Source: Candidatus Magasanikiibacteriota bacterium (GTDB lineage Bacteria > Patescibacteriota > Patescibacteriia > Magasanikbacterales > UBA922). From it: a DNA stretch of 64,000 bases. Numbering within the stretch: the stretch's first letter is position 1; each line of letters begins with the position of its first letter. The stretch is taken from positions 3,634 through 67,633 of the forward strand of contig WJJZ01000001.1 of assembly GCA_014729395.1 (NCBI GenBank). Direction: 5' to 3'. Below are positions 1-10,700 of this stretch, piece by piece. The translations under genes and the position numbers were made by a program. A model generated the notes under the pieces. The model was given only the letters and a program-made list of their open reading frames with translations. It was not told the DNA's origin and ran no database searches.

Positions 1-1208
1 TTGACCAACGGAAGACTGCTTTTCATCCCGGTTGAGTGAAGCATTGTCCCCCACTTCAAAAGCCCTATTGATGTCCCAAAAGACAAGTCCTTTACCTTAT
101 CAGCAGCCCCTTTTATATCGAGAGGATATCCCAAAGAAGCAGGCAAACCCATAATATCTTTTGAAAATTCAACCAAACCGCCGATTTTCGAACCGCCTCC
201 GGTAAAGAGAACACCTGCCGGTAATACTCCCGCTTTTTGCACTGAAGTTAATTCTTCATTTACTTTTTCTAAGATTTCCGCTACTCTTGCCCCAACAATC
301 TCAGCAACATATTTTTTTGAAACTTCTTCAAAAACTTCTGATCCGCAATCTTTTAAATTAATTTTTTCTTTTTTTAATATTTTATCGGCCTCACATTCAC
401 CAAAATAAATTTTAACTCTTTCAGCAACATCAATTGAACTTCTCAATCCTATCGCCACGTCGTTTGTTATGTGTTCTGACCCAACCGGAATTACAGCCGT
501 ATGAACAACATCACCATCTTCATAAACTACTAAACTGGTTGTGGATGATCCAATATTAACCACAACGACTCCTAATTCTTTTTGTCGCGGTGTTGTTACC
601 ACTTCACCATTGGCCAATATGGAAAGCACCAAATCATCTATATCAACTCCGGCTCTGTATACTGTTTTGGTAATATTTTTTATATGAGAGGATAATCCAT
701 AAATTATACGCGTATCCGCCTCTAGTCTTATTCCGGTCATACCCACAGGATCTTTTATTCCCGTTTGACCATCTACGGAAAAAGTCATTGGAATAACATG
801 CAATACTTCATAATTTAACGGAGCTGCCACAGTTCTCGCCGCCTCTACCGCTCTATCAACATCTTCGTCTTCGATTTCCCCATCGGTTTTGGCTACTGCA
901 ACCACACCTTTGCTCTCTTGAGAAATTATGTCGGTTCCTGATATGCCCACCCACAGATGCTCTATTGGGCAACCAATAGTTCTCTCTGTTTTTTCAAGCG
1001 CGTTTGATACGGAAGAAACACATTCTTCAATACTCGTAATAACACCCTTGTGAACACCTTCTGAGGGAACTTCAACCGCAGCTAAAATTTGAATATTTCT
1101 TTTATTTTTTTCATCCGGATCATATTGACCAACCACAACCCTAACAGCACTTGAGCCAATATCAATACCCGAAATTATTTCTAAATTTTGTTTCCTTTTG
1201 AATATCAT
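1..1208 (-). CDS. ftsA: cell division protein FtsA (actin-like ATPase); C-terminal end runs off the window edge
   Basis: Minus-strand translation from the ATG at 1206-1208 gives MIFKRKQNLEIISGIDIGSSAVRVV... Further in, the GSEHITNDVAIGL and VLFTGGGSKIGGL motifs are typical of FtsA. There is no stop before position 1, so it is missing from the ORF track as incomplete. Confidence 0.75.
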   Translation of the reverse strand, partial: MIFKRKQNLEIISGIDIGSSAVRVVVGQYDPDEKNKRNIQILAAVEVPSEGVHKGVITSIEECVSSVSNALEKTERTIGCPIEHLWVGISGTDIISQESKGVVAVAKTDGEIEDEDVDRAVEAARTVAAPLNYEVLHVIPMTFSVDGQTGIKDPVGMTGIRLEADTRIIYGLSSHIKNITKTVYRAGVDIDDLVLSILANGEVVTTPRQKELGVVVVNIGSSTTSLVVYEDGDVVHTAVIPVGSEHITNDVAIGLRSSIDVAERVKIYFGECEADKILKKEKINLKDCGSEVFEEVSKKYVAEIVGARVAEILEKVNEELTSVQKAGVLPAGVLFTGGGSKIGGLVEFSKDIMGLPASLGYPLDIKGAADKVKDLSFGTSIGLLKWGTMLHSTGMKSSLPLV

Positions 1209-1243
1209 AATCGCTTTTTTGCTGTAACATCTATAATAACATC

Positions 1244-1609
1244 TTACCAGATTATTTTAAATATATGGGGTAAAAAAATAAGTAAACCGACAATAAACGC
1301 TCCTGTCGAAGCGACAAAAACAGTGGCTGCCATAATATCCTTTATAAGCTTTACTTTATGATGGAGTCTGGGTTTTGTCACATCAACAAACAATTCAATA
1401 GCACTATTTATCAATTCCAAAATTAAGATTAATAAAATTAAAAGAATCAAAGCAATTCTTTCATAATCACCGATTGGAAAAATTATCATTCCCATGACAA
1501 CAATAAATGCTACAAAAATTTGAATTCTAAAATTTTGTTCATTTTTAAAAACGTAAACCAGTCCATGGATTGCGTTTTTAAAACCCTTAATTAATAATCT
1601 TATTTTCAT
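1244..1609 (-). CDS. dgkA: diacylglycerol kinase / undecaprenol kinase family membrane protein
   Basis: 121 aa with three hydrophobic helices and a DgkA-like N-terminus (GFKNAIHGL...NFRIQ). Sits in the conserved ybeY-dgkA neighbourhood. Confidence 0.65.
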   Translation of the reverse strand: MKIRLLIKGFKNAIHGLVYVFKNEQNFRIQIFVAFIVVMGMIIFPIGDYERIALILLILLILILELINSAIELFVDVTKPRLHHKVKLIKDIMAATVFVASTGAFIVGLLIFLPHIFKIIW

Positions 1610-2036
1610 AAATTTTTTTTACCATTTTTTCTTGTAGCGCAAACATTTTTTCCGCCTCTTTTTTATTTTGATGATCAAATCCAAGTAAATGCAAAAGTCC
1701 ATGAACAATTATTCTACTCAATTCCTGTTTGTACGGAACGGAAAATTTTTTGGCATTTTTTCTTACATATGGAACTGATATGAATATATCACCTATTTCT
1801 CCTGATCTTATTGGCATTTTATCACCCTCGTTCATTGTAAAAGCCAAAACGTCAGTATCTTTTTTTACTGCCCTAAACCGTTTATTTAATGACTTCATTT
1901 TATCCGAACCTACAAAATGAATACTGGTCTTACTTTGTGTTTTCTTTAAATTTTTAAATACCATTTCAACAATTTTTTGTATTTTTTTTTCAGACAATCC
2001 CGGTTTTGAAACTGTTGAATAAATATTTAATTCCAT
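1587..2036 (-). CDS. ybeY: rRNA maturation endoribonuclease YbeY
   Basis: 149 aa with the HGLLHLLGFDH zinc-binding motif diagnostic of YbeY. Confidence 0.85.
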   Translation of the reverse strand: MELNIYSTVSKPGLSEKKIQKIVEMVFKNLKKTQSKTSIHFVGSDKMKSLNKRFRAVKKDTDVLAFTMNEGDKMPIRSGEIGDIFISVPYVRKNAKKFSVPYKQELSRIIVHGLLHLLGFDHQNKKEAEKMFALQEKMVKKIYENKIIN

Positions 2037-2038
2037 AA

Positions 2039-3238
2039 TTATTGAGTACTAGTAGTCGTTGTGGTAACTTCAGGCTGCGGAATAATTTGAACTTGTTCCG
2101 GAATTTCTATATCTGTGTCTGACGGTCGAAAGCTTTGCATTATCATTTGCATTATATGTCGATAAGGAGCGGTAGCGGTAGTTCCGGGTTGATAAATAAT
2201 TACAAATACATAGTTGTCAGTTTCAAAATAAGCAACCAGATCATCATCGCGTCTATAGCCATCTTCCTGAAATCTATTTTCAAATTCAATCAAATCGCTA
2301 AAATTTTGTCCTTCCGCATTTCTACCAAACCATGCTCTAAAATTTTCTGTTGCTAATTTTTGAATTACACGAACCTCTACATAATCACCGGTAAAAGCAC
2401 TAAACAGAACTTGCTCATATTCATTATCAACCACACCGACTTGCCATACGGATGGATAATACAGTCTGTACTGCCATCTGGGATTTACATATTCTCTAAC
2501 CAATCCCGAATCAATTAACTTTGTCGGCGCAAAACCGATCGGACTGTATAAATTAAAGACTTCCTGTCCATCATAATACCCGTCTTCATCAGTATCCCAA
2601 ACAGATATTTCAGTATTAAAGACTTCCTCTTCCATGTCGGAAAGCGAATCTTCATCCGAGTCCGATGAATCAGTATAAGTCGACTGAGGGAAAGATAAAG
2701 CTTGAACCTCAAGTGATGGGGTTGTGGTAGGTACTTCCTCTGCTACACTTTGGGTAGAGGTCGCTTCTATAACCTCCTCCTCTTCTTCCTCTTCCGCTTC
2801 GGTTTCCTCCTCTGTTGTCTCTTCAACCGTTTCTGCAGGAGTAGTTTCAGTTTCCGTTTCTGATTGTCCACCGATAAAACCACTGCTATATAAATAATAT
2901 AAAACTATAGCCACTATACCAATAATTATTATAACCGCAAAAAGTAATACAAGTTTCAGATTGCTCTTTTTTCCGGGACCCGGTTTTGGAATTTTAGTCG
3001 TCTGGGGAGTAGGTGTCTGTTTTTTCTGTATTTGTTTTTCCTTTATGTTTTCGGTTGGTACTTTTTTTTCCAATGAAGCCGGTTCAGACTTTTTTTTCAA
3101 TTTTTTTTCCGCCACAGGAGATTTCTCATGATAAATTTCCGGATCAGCACCACCATAAAAAATATCCGGAATTGTCTTTATATTATAAGTATTCCCTTTA
3201 TTTTTATCATTTGATTCTGTTTTTTTACTGCCTAACAT
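2039..3238 (-). CDS. hypothetical single-pass membrane protein with Lys-rich N-terminus, E/T-rich acidic linker and C-terminal globular domain
   Basis: 399-aa ORF. TM segment LVLLFAVIIIIGIVAIVLYYLY. Acidic run ETETETTPAETVEETTEEETEAEEEEEEEV. Motif WDTDEDGYYDGQEV is related to the Ca-binding motif of the two upstream small proteins. Confidence 0.5.
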   Translation of the reverse strand: MLGSKKTESNDKNKGNTYNIKTIPDIFYGGADPEIYHEKSPVAEKKLKKKSEPASLEKKVPTENIKEKQIQKKQTPTPQTTKIPKPGPGKKSNLKLVLLFAVIIIIGIVAIVLYYLYSSGFIGGQSETETETTPAETVEETTEEETEAEEEEEEEVIEATSTQSVAEEVPTTTPSLEVQALSFPQSTYTDSSDSDEDSLSDMEEEVFNTEISVWDTDEDGYYDGQEVFNLYSPIGFAPTKLIDSGLVREYVNPRWQYRLYYPSVWQVGVVDNEYEQVLFSAFTGDYVEVRVIQKLATENFRAWFGRNAEGQNFSDLIEFENRFQEDGYRRDDDLVAYFETDNYVFVIIYQPGTTATAPYRHIMQMIMQSFRPSDTDIEIPEQVQIIPQPEVTTTTTSTQ

Positions 3239-3251
3239 ATTTTTTTATTTA

Positions 3252-4223
3252 TTATTGTTGGGTTGTTGTTGGTGGTTCAAACAATTTACCTTCTCCGGCC
3301 GGATTATAACCCGCTTTTATTTCTTCTCCGTCCAAATAACCATCACCATCTGAATCGGGATTCAAAGGATCAGTATTCCAAATTAAAACCTCGTCTCCAT
3401 CACTAACGCCATCATTATCCGTGTCTCTTTTATTGGGATCGGTTCCATAACTGGCCTCGCGATCATCATCCAATCTGTCGTTATCGGAATCAACCGGTTC
3501 GCCAAATAATAACTCATCATCTGCCATATCTTCTTCAACCTCATTTATTTGCTCAAGGTCTTCGGTATCAGTACTGCCGGTTGCCGGAATTACCGGTTCT
3601 TCAATCTCAAAACTCTCTTCTACTTGAGTGTTATCCGTTTCCATGTCTGTTTGTTCTTCCGTAGTAAAAATGTCGTCTTGCTCATCCACTTGAATAAACC
3701 TAACATAGACCAGCCAACCGCCACCGCCAATAATTAACAATACCACAACTGTGATAATAACTGCCATTAGTCCTTTACTCAAAACCGGTTCTTTCACAAC
3801 ATATGGTTGACTTTCTTCAGTACCGGCGGGTGTTTGCATACCGGCCCCGGGTGCTTGACCCGATCCTGAAGGTGCTGCAACAGACGGCGGAGAAGCAGGT
3901 GTCTGCGGAGGAGTCTGAATTTTTTGTTCTGGCATTTTCGGACTTGTATTAGTGCTCGGTGGCCGTGCTTTATTTGTATCAATCGGACTTGTTTCCGGAA
4001 CATCGTCCTTTGCTTTCATAACACCGGCTCCCAGAGCTGAAGGAACTTGTGCACTAGCTGAATTATCTTTATCACTTTGTTTTATATCCGGATTAGCCGG
4101 TTGATTTACGTTGTTTTGGGGAGCAGAATCATCTGTTCCGGAAAACATATCTTCAGGTTCACCCACAGGTAAATTACCGGGTACCTGGCCACCTGTATTT
4201 GGAATTGGTTTATCATCAAACAT
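3252..4223 (-). CDS. hypothetical Pro-rich single-pass membrane protein with thrombospondin-type-3-like Ca-binding repeats
   Basis: 323 aa. TM segment LMAVIITVVVLLIIGGGGWLV. C-terminal DTDNDGVSDGDEVLIWNTDPLNPDSDGDGYLDGEEIKAGYNPAG carries DxDxDG repeats. Confidence 0.55.
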   Translation of the reverse strand: MFDDKPIPNTGGQVPGNLPVGEPEDMFSGTDDSAPQNNVNQPANPDIKQSDKDNSASAQVPSALGAGVMKAKDDVPETSPIDTNKARPPSTNTSPKMPEQKIQTPPQTPASPPSVAAPSGSGQAPGAGMQTPAGTEESQPYVVKEPVLSKGLMAVIITVVVLLIIGGGGWLVYVRFIQVDEQDDIFTTEEQTDMETDNTQVEESFEIEEPVIPATGSTDTEDLEQINEVEEDMADDELLFGEPVDSDNDRLDDDREASYGTDPNKRDTDNDGVSDGDEVLIWNTDPLNPDSDGDGYLDGEEIKAGYNPAGEGKLFEPPTTTQQ

Positions 4224-4308
4224 AGTTTGGAATTTAAAATTTTGAATTTAGAATATAGAATCCAGACATTTTTCCAGATTCTAAATTCTATATTCCAGAT
4301 TCTAAATT
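4224..4308. repeat. AT-rich intergenic direct/inverted repeat cluster (AGATTCTAAATTCTATA units)
   Basis: GAATTTAGAATATAGAATCCAGA ... CCAGATTCTAAATTCTATATTCCAGATTCTAAATTCTATA. The unit is present twice directly, plus an inverted variant. Lies between two paralogous small genes. Confidence 0.5.
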
Positions 4309-4707
4309 CTATAAATCCCCTGCCCCTGCCGGGTTATATCCTTTTAAAACTTCCCAACCATCAGAGTAGCCATCACCGTCACTATCGACATTTTTGGGAT
4401 CTGTCTGCCAAACGTCTAACTCGGCCACATCACTCAAACCGTCACCATCTGAATCGTATTCCGTATCACTCGTACCCATAGCCGCCTCTTCTTCATCACT
4501 AATCCCATCTCTATCTTGATCACCGGGAGACAAATCAGGCTCCAAATTTTGCTGCTCCGGTTCTTGTGTTTCTTCTGTCTGAGTTTCGTCGACCGGCTGA
4601 TCCACCTTACTTCTCCGTATGAAAAAAGTCACAAAAAAAACCATTATTGCAGCTATTAGTATTAAACCTATTGTAATTAATATTTTTTTCATATTTATGG
4701 TGTACAA
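4309..4707 (-). CDS. small single-pass membrane protein with thrombospondin-type-3-like Ca-binding repeats (paralog of 3252-4223 C-terminus)
   Basis: 132 aa. TM segment ILITIGLILIAAIMVFFVTFFI. DSDGDGLSDVAELDVWQTDPKNVDSDGDGYSDGWEVLKGYNPAG is near-identical in motif to the 3252-4223 protein. An alternative start at the second Met (4692) would remove the overlap with the giant gene. Confidence 0.55.
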   Translation of the reverse strand: MYTINMKKILITIGLILIAAIMVFFVTFFIRRSKVDQPVDETQTEETQEPEQQNLEPDLSPGDQDRDGISDEEEAAMGTSDTEYDSDGDGLSDVAELDVWQTDPKNVDSDGDGYSDGWEVLKGYNPAGAGDL

Positions 4708-7700
4708 ATAGTATTGGGGGTATCATTTAAAACATCACAAAAACCGGTTTGAATTTGCTGAACAGGACTAATTCTCCAATCAAATTCCAAATTTTCCGAT
4801 TTCCATTCAAGATTGAATACATGCCAGTATCTTGCCGTTGGGTTGGATGATGACTGTGCACTCTTTATTGAAAAACTAGTAATCGGTTTGTAAACGGAGT
4901 GAGCTGGTACTTGTCCTTCGTGAAAAGTGTAAATATCCACAGTTAAATTGCTGTTTGTAAAATTGCTGATTGGTACCTCTCCCAAACTACCAATAGCTTC
5001 AACAAAAAACGCAATAGGTGGTCTCACTTCAAAAGTCCTGTTCAGATAATACCAACCATTGGTATCGATAGTCATGGCTTGAATAAACGTCTTGTCCAAA
5101 CTTTGAACCGGGTGTACAAAAAGCAATCTTGATTGATCACGTGTAAAATCATCACTTGGTCTGATAACTGTATATGGATTACATGCTGTTGGCCAGAAAT
5201 ATCTACCATGATTAAATTCTGTAGAATTATATTCAGCTTCTTCCTTATATGTAGTTTGCTCCATCTGATCGCAATACCATGGATCGGCGGGATTGGTGGT
5301 ATCGGAAATCGCTTCACTTAGATTCTTTATAAGAGCCTTTCTTTCTTCCAGATCTTCGGCGTTTTTGTCAAAAATCTGACTATACAAAACACCGTTAAAA
5401 ATTACATTACGATCATCTTCTTTATCTGTCCAACGCACAACCACCCTGAATACATTGTCAGGAACTGCCGGAGAAACGATATATTCGTGTTCAATCGGCC
5501 CTGTTTGTCCGCTAACCGGATAGCTGAAAAGGTCGCCGTAGTTTAATAATTGATCGCGATTATAGATATTTAGATTTACTGCGGGAGATTTTTTAATCTC
5601 AAGCGGTGAAAAATATAATTTATACTCATCAACACACAAAGCGTCGCTCTCAAGCCTAACCTTTTCACCGGATAAATTTTCACTACTACCTGAATTCCTA
5701 AGTGCTTCTTGAATTGTGTAGTCAAAATATATTGGAGTGCTGCCATTGCCGGTTGATCCCAATCTGCGCCAGCCAAAAGTATACCCGTCTTCAATACCAT
5801 CTCTGTCCGGGTCATACCAACGATACATCAAAACATGTTGGAGTCCGTCAAAATTTCTTTCCGGAAAAGCCCACCAATTTGTTCCTTCACCAAGAGTACT
5901 TTGCGGAACGCCACCACCTGTAATCGGATTTAGAAAGGCCATATTGGCAATGGTATTTATATTTTGATCCAAGCTGGCTGTACACTCAACGCAATTATTA
6001 TCCAATTTCTGACAACTTTCGCTACAGCTCACACTCCCCAAATCAGTACAGGTTAAGACATTGTTCTCATTACACAATGTATAGTTTGGTAAACATTCAC
6101 CATAAAATTGGACATCGTTTGTTATGTAATTCGATATATTATTACTATAATCCTCCTCTTTTAAGTCCAAGATCAAACCATCATCAGGAGCAAGGCAAGT
6201 TGTTTGGTCATTTGGGTCACAGATAATACTCGGATCCTCTGAACAGTGATAACCCAACATGTCTTCTAAATCCGCTTCTGAAGATAAATGGACAAGTGAC
6301 AGAACAAGCAGTTTGCAAGCAATCACTTTTGGATCGTCAAGATCTTCATCCAGCCAACTACAGATCGCATTCATATTATCTTCCGAATTTTCGAGCATTT
6401 CAGGATAGTACTGAACCCTAACCTTTCCATCGTTTAGTCTTCTGACAAAACTCGGGGCTACAGTCTGTGAACATACTTCGTCAGACACGATAATGTTTTC
6501 CCCAACAGTTTCACATTTTTCTCCATTTTCAGCTTGAACAATACCATCACCACAATAAGCGGTCGGTTCTCTAAACAATACATTTCTACAATCAGCCGAA
6601 CAATATGTACAATTTTGTCCATATTCAGGCTGACACGGAATACCATTCTGTGAGCCCAGATCACAAGCTTCCATTACCCCTTCGTTGTTTGGAGCCTGAA
6701 CCACATTATCACCACATGCACCGATATTTTCCGCTTCCACCCCTTGTTGAACAGGTCCTTCATATACACCCTCGCATTCTACCCTGTAACCATTGGAATT
6801 GGTAATATTTAGCTCAACACTGCATGAGTTATTACAATCATACCCACTACCATAACACCTGGTATAATAAACCAAAATATTAAATTCATCCAATTTACCG
6901 TATCGCTCCAAAACCTGATCACATGAAAGTCCATAACTGTGACAAATTTGATTACCGGTAATATTGCTTGTACATTCCGGGATAGCTTGACCCTCATAGT
7001 CCCCACTGGAACTGTCAAACACGTCGTAATTTCCTCTACTTATGTAAATATCGGTTGAATTATCTGCTGTAGAAGTTGTTAGATAAGGGCCTGCATTGTA
7101 ACAAGAATTATTCTCTCTTTCGCACTGCTCACTACAACCATCAAAATTATCTAGGTTGCCATCGTCACAGGTTTCATAATCAGGCTGGACTAAATTGTCT
7201 CCACAGTATCCACCATAACCTTGACAATCAATTGAGCAAGATTTTTCCATTTCAAAAGCATATTGCCCCCAAAGAGGTCTCATAGACCAATCACAAAACT
7301 CATATTCTTCTTGAAAAACTGTATCTCCGCAATAACCAAGTCCGGACAAAGCATTACAATCTTCACCACAATGACCATAAGAACCGTTTAATTCCCCATC
7401 ATCACACAACTCTCCTTGATCAACCACTCCGTTGCCGCAAATACCAACACCGGGGCATTCTGTTGGTTGCCAAGTGCACTGATCCGTACATATTCGACAA
7501 TTAGCCGCATCAACACGTCCGGGTGGATCACAGCTCTCACCTGCATTGACCACAGAATCACCGCACACCCCTCCTTCGGGAGTATGAGTTTGATTTGGCA
7601 CACAATATGGCTCTGTATCAAATCTACCCCTATTGATACCATATCTGTCTATTATAGAGTTATTTAAGCTTAAAAATTCAAGCGGGGCATGGAAAATATA

Positions 7701-10700
7701 ATTTTCATTTGATTCGTATTCATATTCATAGACGCTCATTTCTTGGGGGCATATATATTTTGATTGTTCTGCATTCCAGCATGTGTTCACCTCAACATTT
7801 GGATCAACAGCTTCACAACCGGTCCACTGATTGACCGGGTCAACCGCTACACCCTGTATATCCGAACCCAATCGATTACCCCAAGAAGGCCATTTTGATA
7901 CGGTATAACCGGGTATAAAAGTACCGGAAGATAAAAATGGATAGGTTCCGTTTTGACTTCGATATATATCCAAATTTCTTTGTGCGCCGGAAATATCCTC
8001 CAAACGATCCAAATCTCTTAAAAATTCAGTCCTGTCAGCATTACACTCCATATCAATCAAACCTGCATCCTGATCCTCGCATTGTGGTGGAACTGAATTA
8101 TCTTTTATACAACGGATATAACTACCATAATCCCCTTCAAGAGAAAGTCTATGTATCGTCGGAATATTTGAAACGAATTTTCTTACCCAATTACCCACCA
8201 AACTAGAACGTGAACTCCAATAAAAAGATATTGCCGGATTACCAAATAAACCACTTAAATCCGTAAAGCCGTTTGCAACAGCGTTAAAATTGGAAGCACC
8301 TCCGACTTTTAGTAATTCACCTTGATTGGTTCCTCTAAATCCAACGTCATCGGAACATAACTCACCCTCCGGACCCGGACCCAAGCCTTCACACATTCCC
8401 TCTTGTTCTTCTAATATTTTCCACTCTTCATCTGTCGGAATATGCCAGCCAACTGGACAAATCCCGCGACTTCCGGATATATTTGAATAATTCATTGACT
8501 CATCCCATCTGTACAATCCACCAAAATTGTTACAATTTGTTTCATTATTTTCCAAGCAATATTTTTCTATAATGTTGTTATCTGTCTGAGCTTGCGAAGA
8601 GTTAATCATGGTTCCAATATTAATATTTTCAGCCATCCAACATTGGCTTCCAATTTGGAGTGTACCGTACGATTGACCTTGATAATCAAGTTGATCACCG
8701 CAAGTAAATTCAGGAGGACATTCTATTGTTTGCTCCACCTCCATACTCGGACAATCGAAATCATTTAAACAAAACCCAGCCGGATCACCACCATCTACAG
8801 GTGTACAATAACGCAGGTCACTCATGTTTGTATTAAATTTCAAAGAATTAATCAATTGTTCAAACACCTGTCTTGTTTCTTGTGAAGCATTAATATTTAT
8901 ACTGAATAGATAAACATTTCTGTAAATAGTTGAATCTCCGGTTGCCTCCTCACCGGTCAAATTATATGCATTTATATAAAAGTTGTTATCATCAGCCAAA
9001 CCCTGGTAGCCGTCCACTTCAACTCGACGCATATTGTCAACATTTTCAAATCCTTTTGAACTGTACCATTCATTAATATTTAAAAAGTCCGGGTTGGAAA
9101 AAATTTGCACCCCGATAACATCATCATTTTTGTCATTGAAAAATAAAACTTGTTTTTGTGTATCCTCTGCCAATTCAATTTCTTGATCAATGTCAACAGG
9201 TCTGATAAAGGGCAAATCATCGAATGTCACACCGGATACCCCTGCATCCAAACAATAACTCATTGTGAAATAATAACCCTCCCTCTCAAAAACATCATAG
9301 GGACGCCACAGATCCCCCATCCTTTCCGGCCATGGTTTTTCACAAAACATAGCCGTCAAATCAAATAAGTCCGTAAATATAAGGCCGGTCTGATTATTTT
9401 GTGAATCAATATCAACAGTAATTTTCGCACTTAAAACTCCTGTTTCATACCCTTCAACCTCTCGAGATGCAATGTTCACAGTCTCCGCATTTGAATTATC
9501 ACCTTCTACAGGTATTGAAAAAACCCGGGAATCATTTGGTCCCCATGCCCATTCCCAATAATAGACACCGGGTATTCTAACGATTTCCTGTTCTATACCG
9601 GTTGGAGTTTCACTAATTGCCATAGCTATAAAATTGTATTCTTGTTGCGGAGCGTAAAATAAATGACTATCAGGCACAGCTTCAACCGCTTTAAGTTTAC
9701 AAATATCACTCCCGGTTCTAAATTGCCAAGCGTCGGAAATATTTGAATTTTCCGGATTTTTAATACCCACACCTCTTGTATCTCTTATTCCATCACCGCC
9801 GCCTGTAAGCAAAACCGCATAGGTTGTCTCGGGATCAAGTAAATCTTCTAAATATATCGAAACCGTACTGCTTCCAACCGTTCCGTCGGGCAAATAAGAA
9901 TAGCTAACTTCCGGTCTGGTACTAATAGCACCACTGCACCAAGTTTCGATTGCCGCATAGCTTTCATCACCGAAAAATTCTAAAAAGAAATTTTTAACTC
10001 GATGCCATAATCTAGCAAAAAAACTATCAGACTGATTATACGCCAAGGCTCCGTTTACAACACCTGTTACGTTTTGTTGGCCTTGTTCAGTACAATCAAA
10101 ATCTTGATCATCGGAACCACTTGCAATTATTAAATTTCCCGACAAGGTGTCATCGTCAATTTCACCATCAAAAGTAACACTGATCAAAGAGTTACGACAA
10201 ATAGAATTGGATCCGGACTCCGGATATTCATCAATCCTGGAAAGTCTCTCAAAACAACACGAATTTTCCGCCACACCATATATGTTATCGCTATTATCAG
10301 CGCAATCATTATACAAACCATCTCTTGGAGAATCATATTCGGTATAACCACATTGCAAATAATAATCAGCGTCTCCGACAACAGTGCCTGCCGGAAGATT
10401 TATTGGTGTAGTGGAAGTTCGCTGCATTACAGCTTCTGCTTCAATTTTTGCAAATTGCCTTAAAGTTTCTTCGTCTACCACACCTTCACCGATTGCCGTT
10501 GCCACCTGAATAGGATTTAAACCTGCCTGTAAATTTGCATCTAAAACTTCCAATTCACAATCGGAGCTTTCGCCTATTCCGACAACAGCATCACCACAAA
10601 GAGATGATTCCGAATAAGATACTGAGGATCCGGCCAAGGTGCATTCTTCCGTACAACCTTCAACTCCGGAATCACACTGACTAAACGGAGTGTCACATAC

